A DNA stretch of 64,000 nt from positions 486,348 to 550,347 of the forward strand of contig NMRA01000172.1 of assembly GCA_002633005.1 (NCBI GenBank), written 5' to 3'. Origin of the DNA: Phoronis australis. Taxonomy: Eukaryota > Animalia > Phoronida. The position numbers and the translations under genes were made by a program. The stretch's first letter is position 1, and each line of letters opens with the position of its first letter. This document shows positions 26,301-38,247 of the stretch, in pieces. The notes under the pieces were generated by a model. That model was not told where the DNA came from, ran no database searches, and saw only the letters and a program-made list of their open reading frames with translations.

Positions 26301-29300
26301 GCATGGCAGATATATAGTTAAAAAATCAACTCGGACTCGTGAAGACAGAAAGGGTACTTTACTCATAGATTGATCAAAGTAGGTTTTTGGATTTACACTA
26401 TACGGTTTGAATTCGTGAAATACCCATCCACGCCAGGTTGCCGGAATGCTTGTGCACTACATTTTGACGGGAGGAGTGCACCCATACGGTGACAACACGT
26501 TCGACATAGAGCTGAACATTGCGCGTGGTTGGCCACGATGGCGAAGAATAAATGAAGAGGCCAACGACCTCATACGGTGGATGTTGTCAAATGAAGAGAA
26601 AGAGCGACCCAACATCACACAGACTTTAAGGTACTCATGCATCTATGAAAAACTGTACATGTAAATAAACATACATCTAGTTTTTTTCGACCATAACTTG
26701 TTTTTGTGAAAAAGAGCAATTTAGAAATTAGAGGACCATCTTTTGATCGATAGTGTACAGCTGCCTTACTTGACGTCATCGAGATTAGCTTTGGTTAAAC
26801 TCATTAACTACTGCTTACAATTTGAGTTGTAATTCATTGAACAAAGCAATCAATTACAATCTGTTACTGGCCTTTGCAGACACCCTTTTTTCTGGCCAGA
26901 GCTCAAACGAATGGACTTCTTACATACAGTGGGAAAAGAAATCCTGAGCGAATTTCAGTACGGGTAGGTAACTTGTCCAATGCATCTGGAATATTAATTG
27001 AATTAATTAGACCTTCGGTAGTACGAAACTCAGACGAAAGTTATGGCATTTTGATTTTCTCGTACCTGATTTTATTCATAGAGTATGTCCGTTCAGGTGG
27101 CAAAATGGTTCACCAAACTTACAGACGTTCAAACCGCAGACGGCTCTGACTAAAGCACTCTTCAAATTATTGTCGGGCCAGTAAAAATAGACCTTTGCCG
27201 GAAGATCTAGATTTAATAGAAAAACACGCGTGTAACTAATTGTTGAAAGACGTTTGGCATACAAAGCATTCAAAAATCTGTCACGGCTCTTTGCAAAGAA
27301 GAGAATATTTATGATCGAAATATGTTGAGAATATATACACAAAACGTGCCGAGAGTAGCGTACATGAAATAATATCCCACGAGACATTATTCCCCGTATC
27401 GACCTCGACTTTCGGTCTCGGTTCGTACGCGGAATAAGGCCGAGTGGGATATTACTTCTTGAACGCCAATCGAGGTACGTTTTGTATTTATCCCATGCGC
27501 TTCGAATTCCTAAGTTTCTTACATTTTTTTCGGCAGATTTTTCAAATACTTCACCCAGCCTGTTCAAATGGCGGATCACATCCTAATATGTATGTACTTG
27601 CGCGTTAGGCTGCAAGTTTTCTCTGGTAAAAGAAACAGTTTTAAATGTAACGATTTATTTCTTGAAAAGAGGTAAGAAAGATGAAAACAACGGCAACTTT
27701 GCAGTGAATGTGTAACATCTCTTGGAGCTGGTTAAAAAACAAAATTTGATATTTTAGTTTCCTAGGAATCGGCGACTGAGTTGCAGACGATATAATATTC
27801 AGCAATTGAAAACTGAGACATAAGTGTCTCATAATTAACAGTTTTGTTCCAGATTTTACGTTTAGGGCCTGGTTGCATGTCGAGTGTTATTTACACTGTT
27901 GCAACTGTATTACTTTAAACTATGTTCGGAAAGTTTGAGGATCGAACCGGCTGAAGACGTCGAGTCGACATTGACCTACCTTTTGAACTTTCCATGTCAG
28001 AGGTCACTGTTGAAGTGGTGTGGGAGGTGAATACGGAAAACTTTATTACATGGCCGTATTTCCCTCGACAGATTCAACGCGTATGGGATAAATCTCTGTA
28101 TTTTGACGATTAGTCCGAACTTGTCTTTTAGCCCCGCTACTAACAGCGTCATCAGTGAGAGGCTGAACAATGTCTCCTTCCAGGCGGTGAGCAGAGACTG
28201 GGTGAGTTGAGTGAGAGGGTCTTGGGAACATGGGTGTCGGCTGAGTTTGTGTAGTGTTTAGTTTTGACCTAAGTGGGAATTGATGCGTGAGTCTATGTTG
28301 CCAGTTACTAGCTTATCAAGTTATATGCAAAGACGTGGAGGAACCCAACGACTATGTCCAACAGCTTTGGGTACAGTATTTTCATCACTCATAAGGGAGA
28401 GTTGAAATATTGAAAAAGGGGCGGGTTCGTCCTGCTTTTAGTGTTTACACTGACAGAGTTAAAAAAACATTTTCTAATAACTTTCATACTCTAGATGTCG
28501 CAAATCGACGAACTGTTGCTGGAAGAGATGCGCACGCACCGTAACTACAAAAACAACGTGGCCGATTTCCTGCGATTCATTGTCAACTGCCAGACACAAT
28601 ACAAAAACCTGTAAGTCGTTCGCCTCCATTACACGCAGTTATTTGCTAATTGATTCGTATGCTTTTTTGTACGTCATTTGTCATCTAATTCATTTTTGTA
28701 TATAAATCAACGTCAGGAGTACTTTGTACCCCTATATAGTTGTCAACATTGAGTTCTGGAAGTAAAAAATTGCCACGCTCATCTGATCTTGAATTATTGC
28801 CGAATAAGCCGGTTTAATTTATTGTACTATTTAGAATAAGGGTGGACCCCTTTCCTCAACAACAGAATAATGAACTAATGTAGTCAAACAATAATTAAAT
28901 ACAGGTAACAAAGCAACAATCAAACAGGTTAAGAATTTAGATAAAAAATGACGAAGGATTATGAAAATAGACTAAGGGACGTTAAGTTAAATAAAGAAAC
29001 GATGCTATTAATAGTGAAAGTATTTACGGTATTGAAAAATGGCATACTTAAGACAGAAATAGGTGTAAAAATGGGCAAATAAATTGCAGTCTCTTTTTAA
29101 TATTAAATTTGAAAGCATTAATTCAATCGGACCGTTTAATTTCTGGGCGAAGGGAATTCCATATTGCAGCACTGGCATTAAATATAAGATCTCTTGCCGG
29201 TCTCGGTTTTAATCATTTTAAATGAAACATTACCAGCAACGGATAAACGTGTAGAGTTTACAGCTTGACTGCTACTAAATTTGCGTCTGAGATATCTGTT

Positions 29301-31050
29301 TATGCCACAGGCAGAGAATTTTTTTTTTATTTTCATCAATCTAAGCTTGGAGCACAAGTCGTCGACCCAGGTGCCCCTAATTCTAGTACCCATGATAGCC
29401 CTGGTGGCTCTATTTTGGATTACCTGGAATTTTGCTTACAAGTGTGTCGCTGGTGTGTCCCCAAACCGGTAAACAATAATATGGGGCTGAATAATAGAAT
29501 GGTAGAGTATCTTAAGACTGCTGAGATAAAGAAATTTACCTCGTGGACGTTTTAAAGTACGCCGATTTTCTTTGACATTTTATTTGTGATGTAATCTATG
29601 TGCATAGGTTGGGATCTAAAATAAGGCCCTAGCACTGAAACTTGTCGACACTCTCAATATGGAACCGTTGATATAAAGACACAATTTCTGTCGTTTAAAT
29701 TACTAGTGGGTTCCCAACTGCATAGCCTTGGTGCCACAAAGGTTAAGAATAAGTCTATTTTGAACCAGCCAGTCATGGATAAGGGCAAGCTCATCGTTGA
29801 GAGAAGTTTTAAGTTCATTATTGATCCAGCTGTGGACATAATTACAGTGTCATCGCTGTTGTGGAGGACAGGGGAGATCGTAAACAAAAATAGTGAATAA
29901 TTGTGTTCCCAGAATGGAACCCTCGAGGAGGTACGCCTTGATAACTGTTGAGTAGTCGGAGAGAATATCACCGTATTTGGTAGCGTGTTTGCAGTCGTAT
30001 ACGTAGTTTTTAAACCAAAGGAGTTCGTTATCGTTAACTCCATTGGACTGTAGTTTCCTTAAAAGGATACCATGGTCCACAGTGTCAAAGGCTTTCTTAA
30101 GGTCAACAAAACAGCACCTGTAAGCCTCCCCTGGTCCATATTATGGAAGATAAAGTCAGTAGCGTAAATTTTTGTAGTCAGTGTAGAATGCAGGGAGTGG
30201 AAACCGGACTGGTGTCGATAGAAGGGAATTTTCCTCCACGAATTAGTAAACTTGCTTTTGGACACACCTTTCAAGAATTTTTGGACGTTGCTTGGAAGAC
30301 CGATATTGGCCATTATTTTTGCAACTGGACTTGTCAGTTGTCACCGTCTTCAAAAACAGGAGTAAAGATCGCCATCTTCCAATCACTGTGGCCGTGTCTA
30401 AACTCAAATTTATGAAGGGTCTCGGCTATTAGCTGAGAGACCAGTTTCAGTACAGTTTGGCATAAATGCTTATCGGTGTCACCGGTAACTCACGTCACAG
30501 ACAATTTGTTCATGTGCCATCTTTAAATCTGCAATTTAGGGTTGGCCAACCCACTTTAACTATGTTCAAAGCGCTTTCTTGGGTGGCTGATAGTTTCGTT
30601 GTTTTGTTGTTACCGGAACTAGAATCTTATTGTGTTAGGGAATATCATGAGAATGGACTAAATCGATTTTCATTTTTAGCCAGCTAAATAGCCAAACGTA
30701 GTTATAGAAGTGTATGCGGAACAGTGGAACCTCGTAGTTCAGAAAAAATAGAGTTTTAACTTTGAAATGTGTGTGTGGGTATCCTACATTGCCTGATGAC
30801 TAACACCTGCCAGAATATTCTCGACCTCGCCACCTAGTATCCCTTGCTCGACGTCTCATCTTCTGGCAGACGAAAGACAGGAGAAACTTTCCACCTTAGT
30901 ATATTTTTCAGATCCCCCACGAGTAAATCTATACTCGGCGAAGATCGGCTGTATTTCCTGCGGAGTTTTCCCGCGCTTTTCATGTCAGTCTACCGCGTCG
31001 TCAAGGGAAGTGAGTGGGCAATGAAAATGAGCTTCAGCAAGTTTTTCTAA
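11326..31050 (+). CDS. RNase L/IRE1-like protein: ankyrin repeats + helical/coiled-coil region + long linker + pseudokinase + KEN (pseudo-RNase) domain, about 1600 aa
   Basis: Sixteen AG/GT exons join in phase (4791 nt to the TAA at 31048-31050). Ankyrin exons: 11326-11427, 12560-12658, 14208-14312, 17052-17150, 17884-17982, 18109-18219. Large exon: 18347-21381. Kinase: 22833-22989 (YLGILEDGTEISVRRM), 24630-24821 (YLAIELCEYNLEEYI...LQYLH...QRNLK), 24983-25088 (PQNILL...LTDYNISR), 25910-26007 (WRPKE...KSDIQ), 26437-26630 (VAGMLVHYILTGGVHPYG...ERP). KEN: 26880-26963 (HPFFW), 28147-28201, 28495-28610 (YKNNVADFLRFIVN), 30912-31050 (YFLRSFPALFMSVY). First exon/start codon not identified. Confidence 0.88.
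12919..13075. mobile_element. Short MITE-like element with imperfect terminal inverted repeats
   Basis: Begins caggggcgaatccag and ends ctaaatctgccacta, with internal G-run/C-run symmetry. A related end (gtagatctgccactg) occurs near 37971-37985. Confidence 0.5.
13135..13290 (-). mobile_element. Penelope-like retroelement GIY-YIG C-terminal remnant
   Basis: Translation HLNRARHDFETKDVVISDWGDYCFSEEVKGTLHERVEKPALNK resembles the remembered PLE consensus H.F....V.IL..E..WFERGVKEAI...EKP.LN. Confidence 0.45.
14520..14630 (+). mobile_element. THAP-domain fragment (DNA transposon remnant) in an intron
   Basis: CFTIPKDVEIRKRWVVDIRRDEG matches the THAP core F..P.....R..W...I.R. No complete ORF. Confidence 0.55.
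15971..16100 (+). repeat. Interspersed repeat, with an inverted copy at 36698-36822
   Basis: ctggcgtgcgttcagtag...ggcaatatctcacgtaatctc...tttttagcgag is the approximate reverse complement of 36698-36822. Confidence 0.8.
29100..30560 (-). mobile_element. 5'-truncated, decayed LINE (CR1/L2-type) reverse transcriptase in the last intron of the KEN gene
   Basis: Frameshifted RT motifs on the minus strand: HQSGFHSLHSTLT, GRLTGAVL.DLKKAFDTVDHGILLRKLQSNGV, GSILGTQLFTIFVYDLP, and C-terminal GKRSY...WNSL. Confidence 0.85.
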
Positions 31051-31478
31051 GCACCACGCCAGCTATAGATGTTCGCAAAGTCACCAACAGATATAGCTAA
31101 GAAGGCACGGGCAGTGAACGTCTGAAATGATCCAGATAACACGTTACAGGAAGCCTAAACACAGGCGGTACGTTGCCCAGAGAGTGGAGTGTACTTCACA
31201 CCATCCTCACCAACAGAGGACAGCACATTCAAGCACATCTGTGATATTTTATTTCAGAGCTATTGCATTTTTGCTATTGTATACACACGTGTATTTACAA
31301 TTCGTTTAGCGATTATAGAAGAAACGTTAAAACACTCTCGTTTTCTCTGATCACTTACTATCATTTCAATAATACAGTATAGGATATCCTCCGGCTGATC
31401 TGTAGATAGGCGAACACTTTTCTTCTCTGGCAGCATGTTTCATCTGCACTATTGTGATCGCAGAAAAGGTAACTAGTT

Positions 31479-32641
31479 TTAATCAGTTTGCTTTTCACAG
31501 ATGTATCCCATGCCAATCGAACAGTCACGCTGTATCCATGCGCCAGTCGTCGCGTTGAGCGCTACGCAGACATACTGTTGGCCTTCACTTCTGTTCGCGC
31601 CCCGAAGTTCTGAAGCATCTGAAACATATTATCTCACCATTGAAAATCCGCAAGTCATTTTAAAGAAAATCGAGAGTTCATTTTATATAAGAATCGTGGT
31701 GTTTTCCAACCCACAAATCTAGTAACAGGTACAAGTTTAGTAATTGCAACAATCTCGCCAGTTTGATACCGTTGAAGTTAATTGCGTTTCTCGATAGAGT
31801 TTCAAGTTTAAACTGATCTCAAAATTGCATGATGTTATTTCATGAAAGGGGTAAAAATGAAACGTCTAATCTGCCAATTTGACTTTCTTGCTACCGAAAT
31901 AAAACACCGGTTATGATTTTGTTTCATCCAAGTTAACAAGATAATCTTCTTTACTACTAATTTGTAGAAGTTGCCGTTACCGTTTGCCCAGTTAGTGAAG
32001 ATAACGTCATCACCAGTGTTGTCCCATTTAAATTGACTACTGCTGCTTGTTTTGCTTGCTCCAATCCACAAGCTCGCCACCTTCAGGCTTTCTTCGGCAT
32101 TACTGACCATCGCCTTTAGAGTGGCCTTCAAATATCTTTGCTCTTTTCCATTGTTGATGTTAACCAAGTATCCCCCTGATTTCATACAATAAATTGATGC
32201 CAGTGACCTGTCCGAGACTGAATCAACAATCATGTAACACGACCCGGAAAAGAGGGTGTACCCCCAAGAACAGGTTGGTGCCGGTGTTGTGGGTATGACT
32301 GCTTGTAGCGAGTTGGCCGCTACCTGACACACGCGTCTGGTTTGATGACAGCACTTCTTGTTCCTTGCCATGCTCAAAGACACCCTTCTCTTTATCGTCT
32401 CCAAGCTGTCGCGAACGTAGCTGTGAAATGCATTGAGGTCGCGTTCCATATTCTGTAGTCGTGCGTCAATTTTGGACAGAGCCAGTGCATTCCTTTCGTT
32501 TAGATCTCTTGCTTCTGAGTCTGTCGGCCTAGCCACTGAGTCAGCTTCAGTAATAGGAATTACCTCTGATTTTACTCCGTCATAAAGGAACACAAACACG
32601 ATCCAGAAGGACGACATTCTACCCGCGTTGAACAGTTTCAT
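31479..32641 (-). CDS. Secreted C-type lectin domain protein (signal peptide, coiled coil, CTLD), copy A
   Basis: Exon 31981-32641 (hydrophobic leader FWIVFVFLY; CSWGYTLFSGSCY; C...GGYLVNI...EQ; LWIGA; F.NW) joins in phase 1 to exon 31479-31618 (CVALNATTGAWIQRDCSIGMGYICEKQTD*). Confidence 0.9.
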
Positions 32642-34834
32642 GGTGAGCAGGCGCTTAGTTTGACTGTGCGCTGGTTGTGTGTCAACTCAAAGTTATCTTC
32701 CCGAACTCAGCTCCTCAATAAATCATGTACCTGTTTATATGAGAGCAGACGTGAACTCTTTGTTTTGAAAATAAACATTTCTTTATCCCGTGACATTGAA
32801 TTCTGCTCTTTCAGACGTCCTCGATTGTTATGAAAATCAAGTGATTATGCAACTTTAGGCCGCCTGCTGTGAATCGGGTGCTTTGCAGGATTTGATCTTC
32901 TGAAGAAATTGCAATTATGAGTTCAGTTGGACTTATATTGGTTAAAATGTTATCGGTGAAAACTTTTCCACGTCTCTTGACTGAGGTTTGCCCTGCCCAA
33001 GGCCTACATATTCGAACGGTCGCACGGTAGCTAATATTTGAACGCATACCTAATTTTGAAGTTCGCCATGGTATTGGAGAAATAGATTACGTAGCGGGAC
33101 GATCAGGGCAATTCAGAGATTGCTGATCCCAATTTCACGTCCCTTGTTGCTATAGGAATGCGAAAATGTAAACACGATCACTTCAGTATCAGATTTTGTT
33201 GTCTGATCAAACACTAACCAAGAACATTGCAAAATTACGTTATTTCACGCTCAAATAACTCGAACATTTTTAACTGGATTTCAATAACAGTGAGCGCGCA
33301 CTGTAACGTAGGAATGGATGCCGTACACACTTATATGTATTGGCAAACATCCTGCTGAAGATAAACAGAAAGTGCTTTGGCAGCCCTCCTAGACAATACA
33401 AGCACGTTTATTCTTGGGGCAGGCGATGACCGGCCACTGATAACTGACTGGTTTTGGTTCAGCAGCGTATACAAGTTGTCAGCTGTGACCCCGCTGACCC
33501 AGCCATCACTCTCATTTACTGTAGATAGGGAATTTCAAAGGTTCCAGTTATTGATGATTTATATTAAATACTTAAGAAGTAGTGCTCTGGAGACAATGAT
33601 TTCGGGCTCACACAGCAAGTGCAAGTTACATGTACTTGTGTCTAGCTTCATGGTCTACGAATTCTTTTTTGAAACTAATTCAAGTTACAAGCGACAACTC
33701 TTGCTTCTTTTGTGGACAAACTAAAGACACTTCGAAGCACTGATTTTGGGGCCAGTGTGGAAGAGTGAACGTATTTTGGACAACGGTAAAATAAAATGAA
33801 ACTTTAAACAAAGGAAATTCTTCGTGAGTTGGCACTCCCTTTTACAACAATATTATCCCGAACTTTTCTGACCAATGATAAACTTAAAAACATCATTTTA
33901 CTTTTTGGCAAACAGTAATTTATGTATTGTCAGAAATTAGTTTCGAAAAGATTCATTGTGCTCTTAAGCGCCTTTATCAAGTCCATCGAGTAGTGCTCGT
34001 AAAAAATCTAAATTTTAATCTTTTAGAAAAGAGATGATGTAACATTGAAATTATTTTTCTAAGTAACCAGCATGATTAGGTGAATATTTGCGTGAGCGCG
34101 TGCATGCATGTGTTAATGTGTGTGTCCTTTTGTAAATGTTGACTTTTTCAATAAATGCATAAAAAATTATTGTCATGTACGGCACCTCTTCCATTTTATG
34201 GGATTTTCGTGGGTAATGAGATACACACACAAAAGATTACGCGATAACGGTCTCACAGAGTAGCATCGTCACAGAGCCGATGTAGAGGTACCGGTTAATC
34301 TGCATAGAACGTTTCAAGCAACCAGTAGCTTTGCTAGAAACATAGTTTATCCAAAATCAACCGAGCCTACATGCTGCATATGGCGCGTTACATGTATATA
34401 CCGAGGACTGCGACGAGTACCATTGTACTCAAGTTCCGTGTACCAACCGGGGACAGCTCAAACAAGCACAACCGTGAATGTAAATTTATTTCAAATTTAC
34501 ATTGTAGTTAACATGTAATTCTAAACACACGCTTTTTTAAAATTCGTATCATGTGCGCCCCCCTTTGGCGAAATAGGCAAAAAGGTCCTCCTCAGACGCT
34601 CGGTACGAGCATGCGTATGGTTATAACATTCGTATTTTCAATCATCTGAAACGTTAATTTCTTGACAAACTAGCTGGGACAATAACAAAGATAAGGCGTG
34701 TAGCAACGAGAGCAAGCGGTTCTTCTGTAACCCGCGCATGCACACGAGCACTACATTGTCAACACCAATGCTTTAATACTAGTTGATATGATTTCATCTG
34801 CGCTATCTCGATCGTACAGAAAGTTGCGACAGGT

Positions 34835-35919
34835 TTAATCAGTCTGCTTTTCACATATGTACCCCATGCCAGTGGAACAGTCACGTTGGATCCATTCGCC
34901 ATTCGTAGCGTTAAGCGCCACACAGATATTGTTCCTGTTCGCTCTAGGAAGTTCAGAGGCACCTGAAACAAATATACACACCATTTAATGCGGCAGTCGT
35001 CAACAAAACTGATATTTAACTTCGACTACAAAATAGCCTACATAACTGTCGCTCTAACACTGGTCTCGACTTGCAGGTCTTTTACTCAGAGATGACTGTG
35101 TGTTTTGGACTTAATTTCAACGAACAGATAGTTCGCCATTGTTCGATACCATGCTCGCTGAAAAAACTGACGTGCCGTGACAAGTCATTTTGTGGAGCCT
35201 AATATCGAACTGTTAGATCTTTGTAACCCAAAAATGGTCTTGTTTATAATAATTACTGTACCTTTTGCCCAGTTAGTGAAGGTTACGTTATCGCCAGTTC
35301 TGTCCCACTTAAATTCACCGTCTCTGCTCGTTTTGCTTGCTCCAATCCACAAGCTTGTTGCTTTCAGTGTTTCTTCGGAATTTCTGGCCATTGCTTTTAT
35401 GGTAGTTTTCAAAAATCTTTGCTCTCCTCGCTCGTTTACGTTTACCAGGTGACCCCCTTCCTTCATACACATAATGGATCCTAGCTGCCAGCTTGAGTAG
35501 GTATCAACGATTTTATAGCAGGAACCAGAGAAAAGGGTGTACCCCCAATAATTACAAGTTGGTGCCGGTGTTGTGGGTATGACTGCTTGTAGCGAGTTGG
35601 CCGCTTCCTGACACACGCGTCTGGTTTGGTGACAGCACTTCTTGTTCCTTGCCATGCTCAAAGACACCTTTCTCTTTATCGTCTCCAAGCTGTCGCGAAC
35701 GTAGCTGTGAAATGCACTGAGGTCGCGTTCCATATTCTGTAGTCGTGCGCCAATATCGGATTGTGGCAATGCATTCATTTCGTGTACTTCTTTTGCTTGT
35801 ATCTGTGTCGGTCTGGTCACTGAATCAGCTTCAGCAATAGGAATTACCTCTGAATTTATTACGCCATTAAGGCACACAAACGCGATCCAGAAACACATTC
35901 TTCTGCTAAACATTTCCAT
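34835..35919 (-). CDS. Secreted C-type lectin domain protein, copy B
   Basis: Exon 35262-35919 plus exon 34835-34962 (CVALNATNGEWIQRDCSTGMGYICEKQTD*). Same intron position and phase as copy A. Confidence 0.9.
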
Positions 35920-36697
35920 AGTGCACTGGAAAGCTAGCAAGCGCTTCGTTTGACTGTGCCTTGGCTATGTGTGAGCTTAAAAAGCTGCCAAACGGTTATC
36001 TCCCCGAGCTCGGTTAGCTCCGCAATACATGTTGGTCACTAACAACATTTTGTCAAGACATAAACGCTTAGCATTAAAGTAAACAATTCCTAGTTTTCTT
36101 ACGTTGTTTATCCTTGTCTTTCAAACCTCCTCGATTGTTATGAAACACATCTGATGACGCAAATGTAGACCACCTGCTGTGAATGGCGTGCCGCACAGAT
36201 TGGGATAGCAGAGGTATTTTTGGTGTGGAAAAGTAAGCAATTTTCTTTGATGCCACAATGATCCGTGGGTATCCCGGCACCTAGGAAATGGCCACGTCCT
36301 GACAGGTTCGCCCTGGTGGGTGTCAGTGGCCAGGGGAGCCAGGAGAATGGCACTCAAAATTCGAGTTAGATCAACTTTTCTGGTAACCACTTAAAAATCC
36401 CAGCGACACCTACTACATGTAGGTCTACTCAGTTCACTGTATGATCCACAGCCAGATAATTTCAATGGTGGGGAATTGAACATCAGCCAGCAGCCGGACG
36501 GACGGTTTTAACCGTTTGGCCAAAAGTTGAGCTAAATCAACCCAAGAGGTAGCCACCTGAAACTGGTTACAAATTATTCAACATAGACCAATGTATTATG
36601 AACGGACACCCAGACAAGTTCAGTGGTGGATTACCCTTCGCCAGGCACGCCCGAATCTCCGGTTCGGAAACCGGCCTCCGTTCAGTAACGCTAGGAC

Positions 36698-36822
36698 CTC
36701 GCTAAAAAGCAAGACTTCCGAGATTACGTGAGATATTGCCGTGCATTTCAAATGAGAACACGTGACTAGGTTTTAGCTTAGGGTCCTAGCTTAGGTCCTA
36801 GCGTCTACTGAACGCACGCCAG
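36698..36822 (-). repeat. Second copy of the interspersed repeat at 15971-16100
   Basis: Reverse-complement match to 15971-16100. Confidence 0.8.
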
Positions 36823-37229
36823 TTGCATAACAATCCAAAGTCACGTATTCCACGTGGCGCAGCAATTACATGTCAGACAATTTCAGTGGTGGGGTGTCGG
36901 CCTTCCAGATTATATATAATGGGGTCCGAAATTTAAGTGTTAGAAATTACAAAGTCACTACTATCCGCCCATTACGTACATTGTGCCAACTGGTCAAATC
37001 ACGTGGCGGGAAACCAAAAATATCACAAATTTTTCTTTAAACTTCAAAATTACTCAATTATTTCCTACAATAAGTGCTTGTTTCATTGGTTAGATTTTTA
37101 GTTTCAACATATACACGGTCTAAAATCTCAAAAAGTGCAAAAATCCTTTGTAGTAACGCTTTACACCAGTTGAAAAGACTTTCTCTATCACTATCACGAT
37201 AGCACGGAAAATTGTGTCAAGTTTAAATC

Positions 37230-37560
37230 CGCCGGCTGCTCATGTCAGATAAATAATCACGTTGGAGCTATTTGCCATTCGTCGTGTTAGGCGCCACGCA
37301 TAAACTTGTTGATCTTTTCGCCCTACTAGTTTCTGGGGCACCTCGCCATTTAAAGCTGCCCCAATAAACTCTCGTTACATCAACTGTTGCTGTTGACTTA
37401 ACAGCAATCTCGCTATGATATTGGTCTCACCTTCGGCTTGCTTCTTACTCTGATGATGTTTGGTTTTTGGACTTGCAAAAACTAACAGTTCGTCCCCATG
37501 TTTGAGACCATGATCGACGAACAAAATGACCTGCCGTAATAAGTCAACTGTTGGAACCTT
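37230..37560 (-). pseudogene. Remnant of a third C-type lectin paralog (last exon plus intron only)
   Basis: Minus strand reads GAPETSRAKRSTSLCVAPNTTNGK*LQRDY, with W changed to a stop and a Cys lost. The adjacent 37420-37560 resembles intron 35060-35215 of copy B. No exon 1 found. Confidence 0.75.
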
Positions 37561-38247
37561 CAGAAATTACACTTACTTTGACCAAATCTTTGCTTTGACT
37601 AAAGAACAATTTGAAATCAGCTTTTGCGACGGTAAGTCGTACAATTTTGTTTTTGTTTCAGAAGGAGGTTTTATAACAGTTTTAAAACAAACCAAATAAT
37701 AATTATGAAAAACTCCTATTGTGTCTAATCTACTAAACCTGAATCATTTCTGACTTTTGTACCAAAAGCCAGAGGGGGGTTCAGGGGTTTAACCCCCCGG
37801 ACAGAATCAAAAATAAAAATTAGAAAAAAAACGTCTCCAGGAAAACGAAATCAGCTACAAAAGCCAAAAAACTGGAGGGGAAACCCTCTCTCGACCTCCC
37901 CGCTCGGCGGTACGCGCCTCGGATTGGCGCGAACCCNCCCCCCCTTCCCCCCAACTCCATTACTGAAAACGTAGATCTGCCACTGAAAAGCCTACACATT
38001 ACTTTAAAGACTTGCTTACTGGCTGACAAAACTGACATGTGCACTATCATCAAAAGGTTGAACAAATCAATTATCTGCAAATTTATCTTTTTACGAGTTC
38101 TAAATTGAAACATTAGTTAGTTTATTCAAAGATGTCACTCAAAATATAAGCATTTCGTAATTTTCAGCTCTTTTTGTGCTTCCTTTGTTTTGCTATTAAT
38201 TTTTTGAAGTTTGTTGGGTTTCCGCGAAAACCCCGCCTATAAAGTAG

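Noticed and set aside
27082-28380. Alternative KEN exons at 27082 and 28305
   Set aside because: Phase or splice signals do not fit. Exon 28147-28201 (CTAACAG acceptor, GTGAGT donor, ends in the conserved W) fits exactly.
22833-31050. Calling the kinase-KEN gene IRE1/ERN1 or RNASEL
   Set aside because: There is no luminal or TM region and ankyrins are present, so it is not IRE1. Orthology to vertebrate RNase L cannot be shown without a phylogeny, so no symbol is given.
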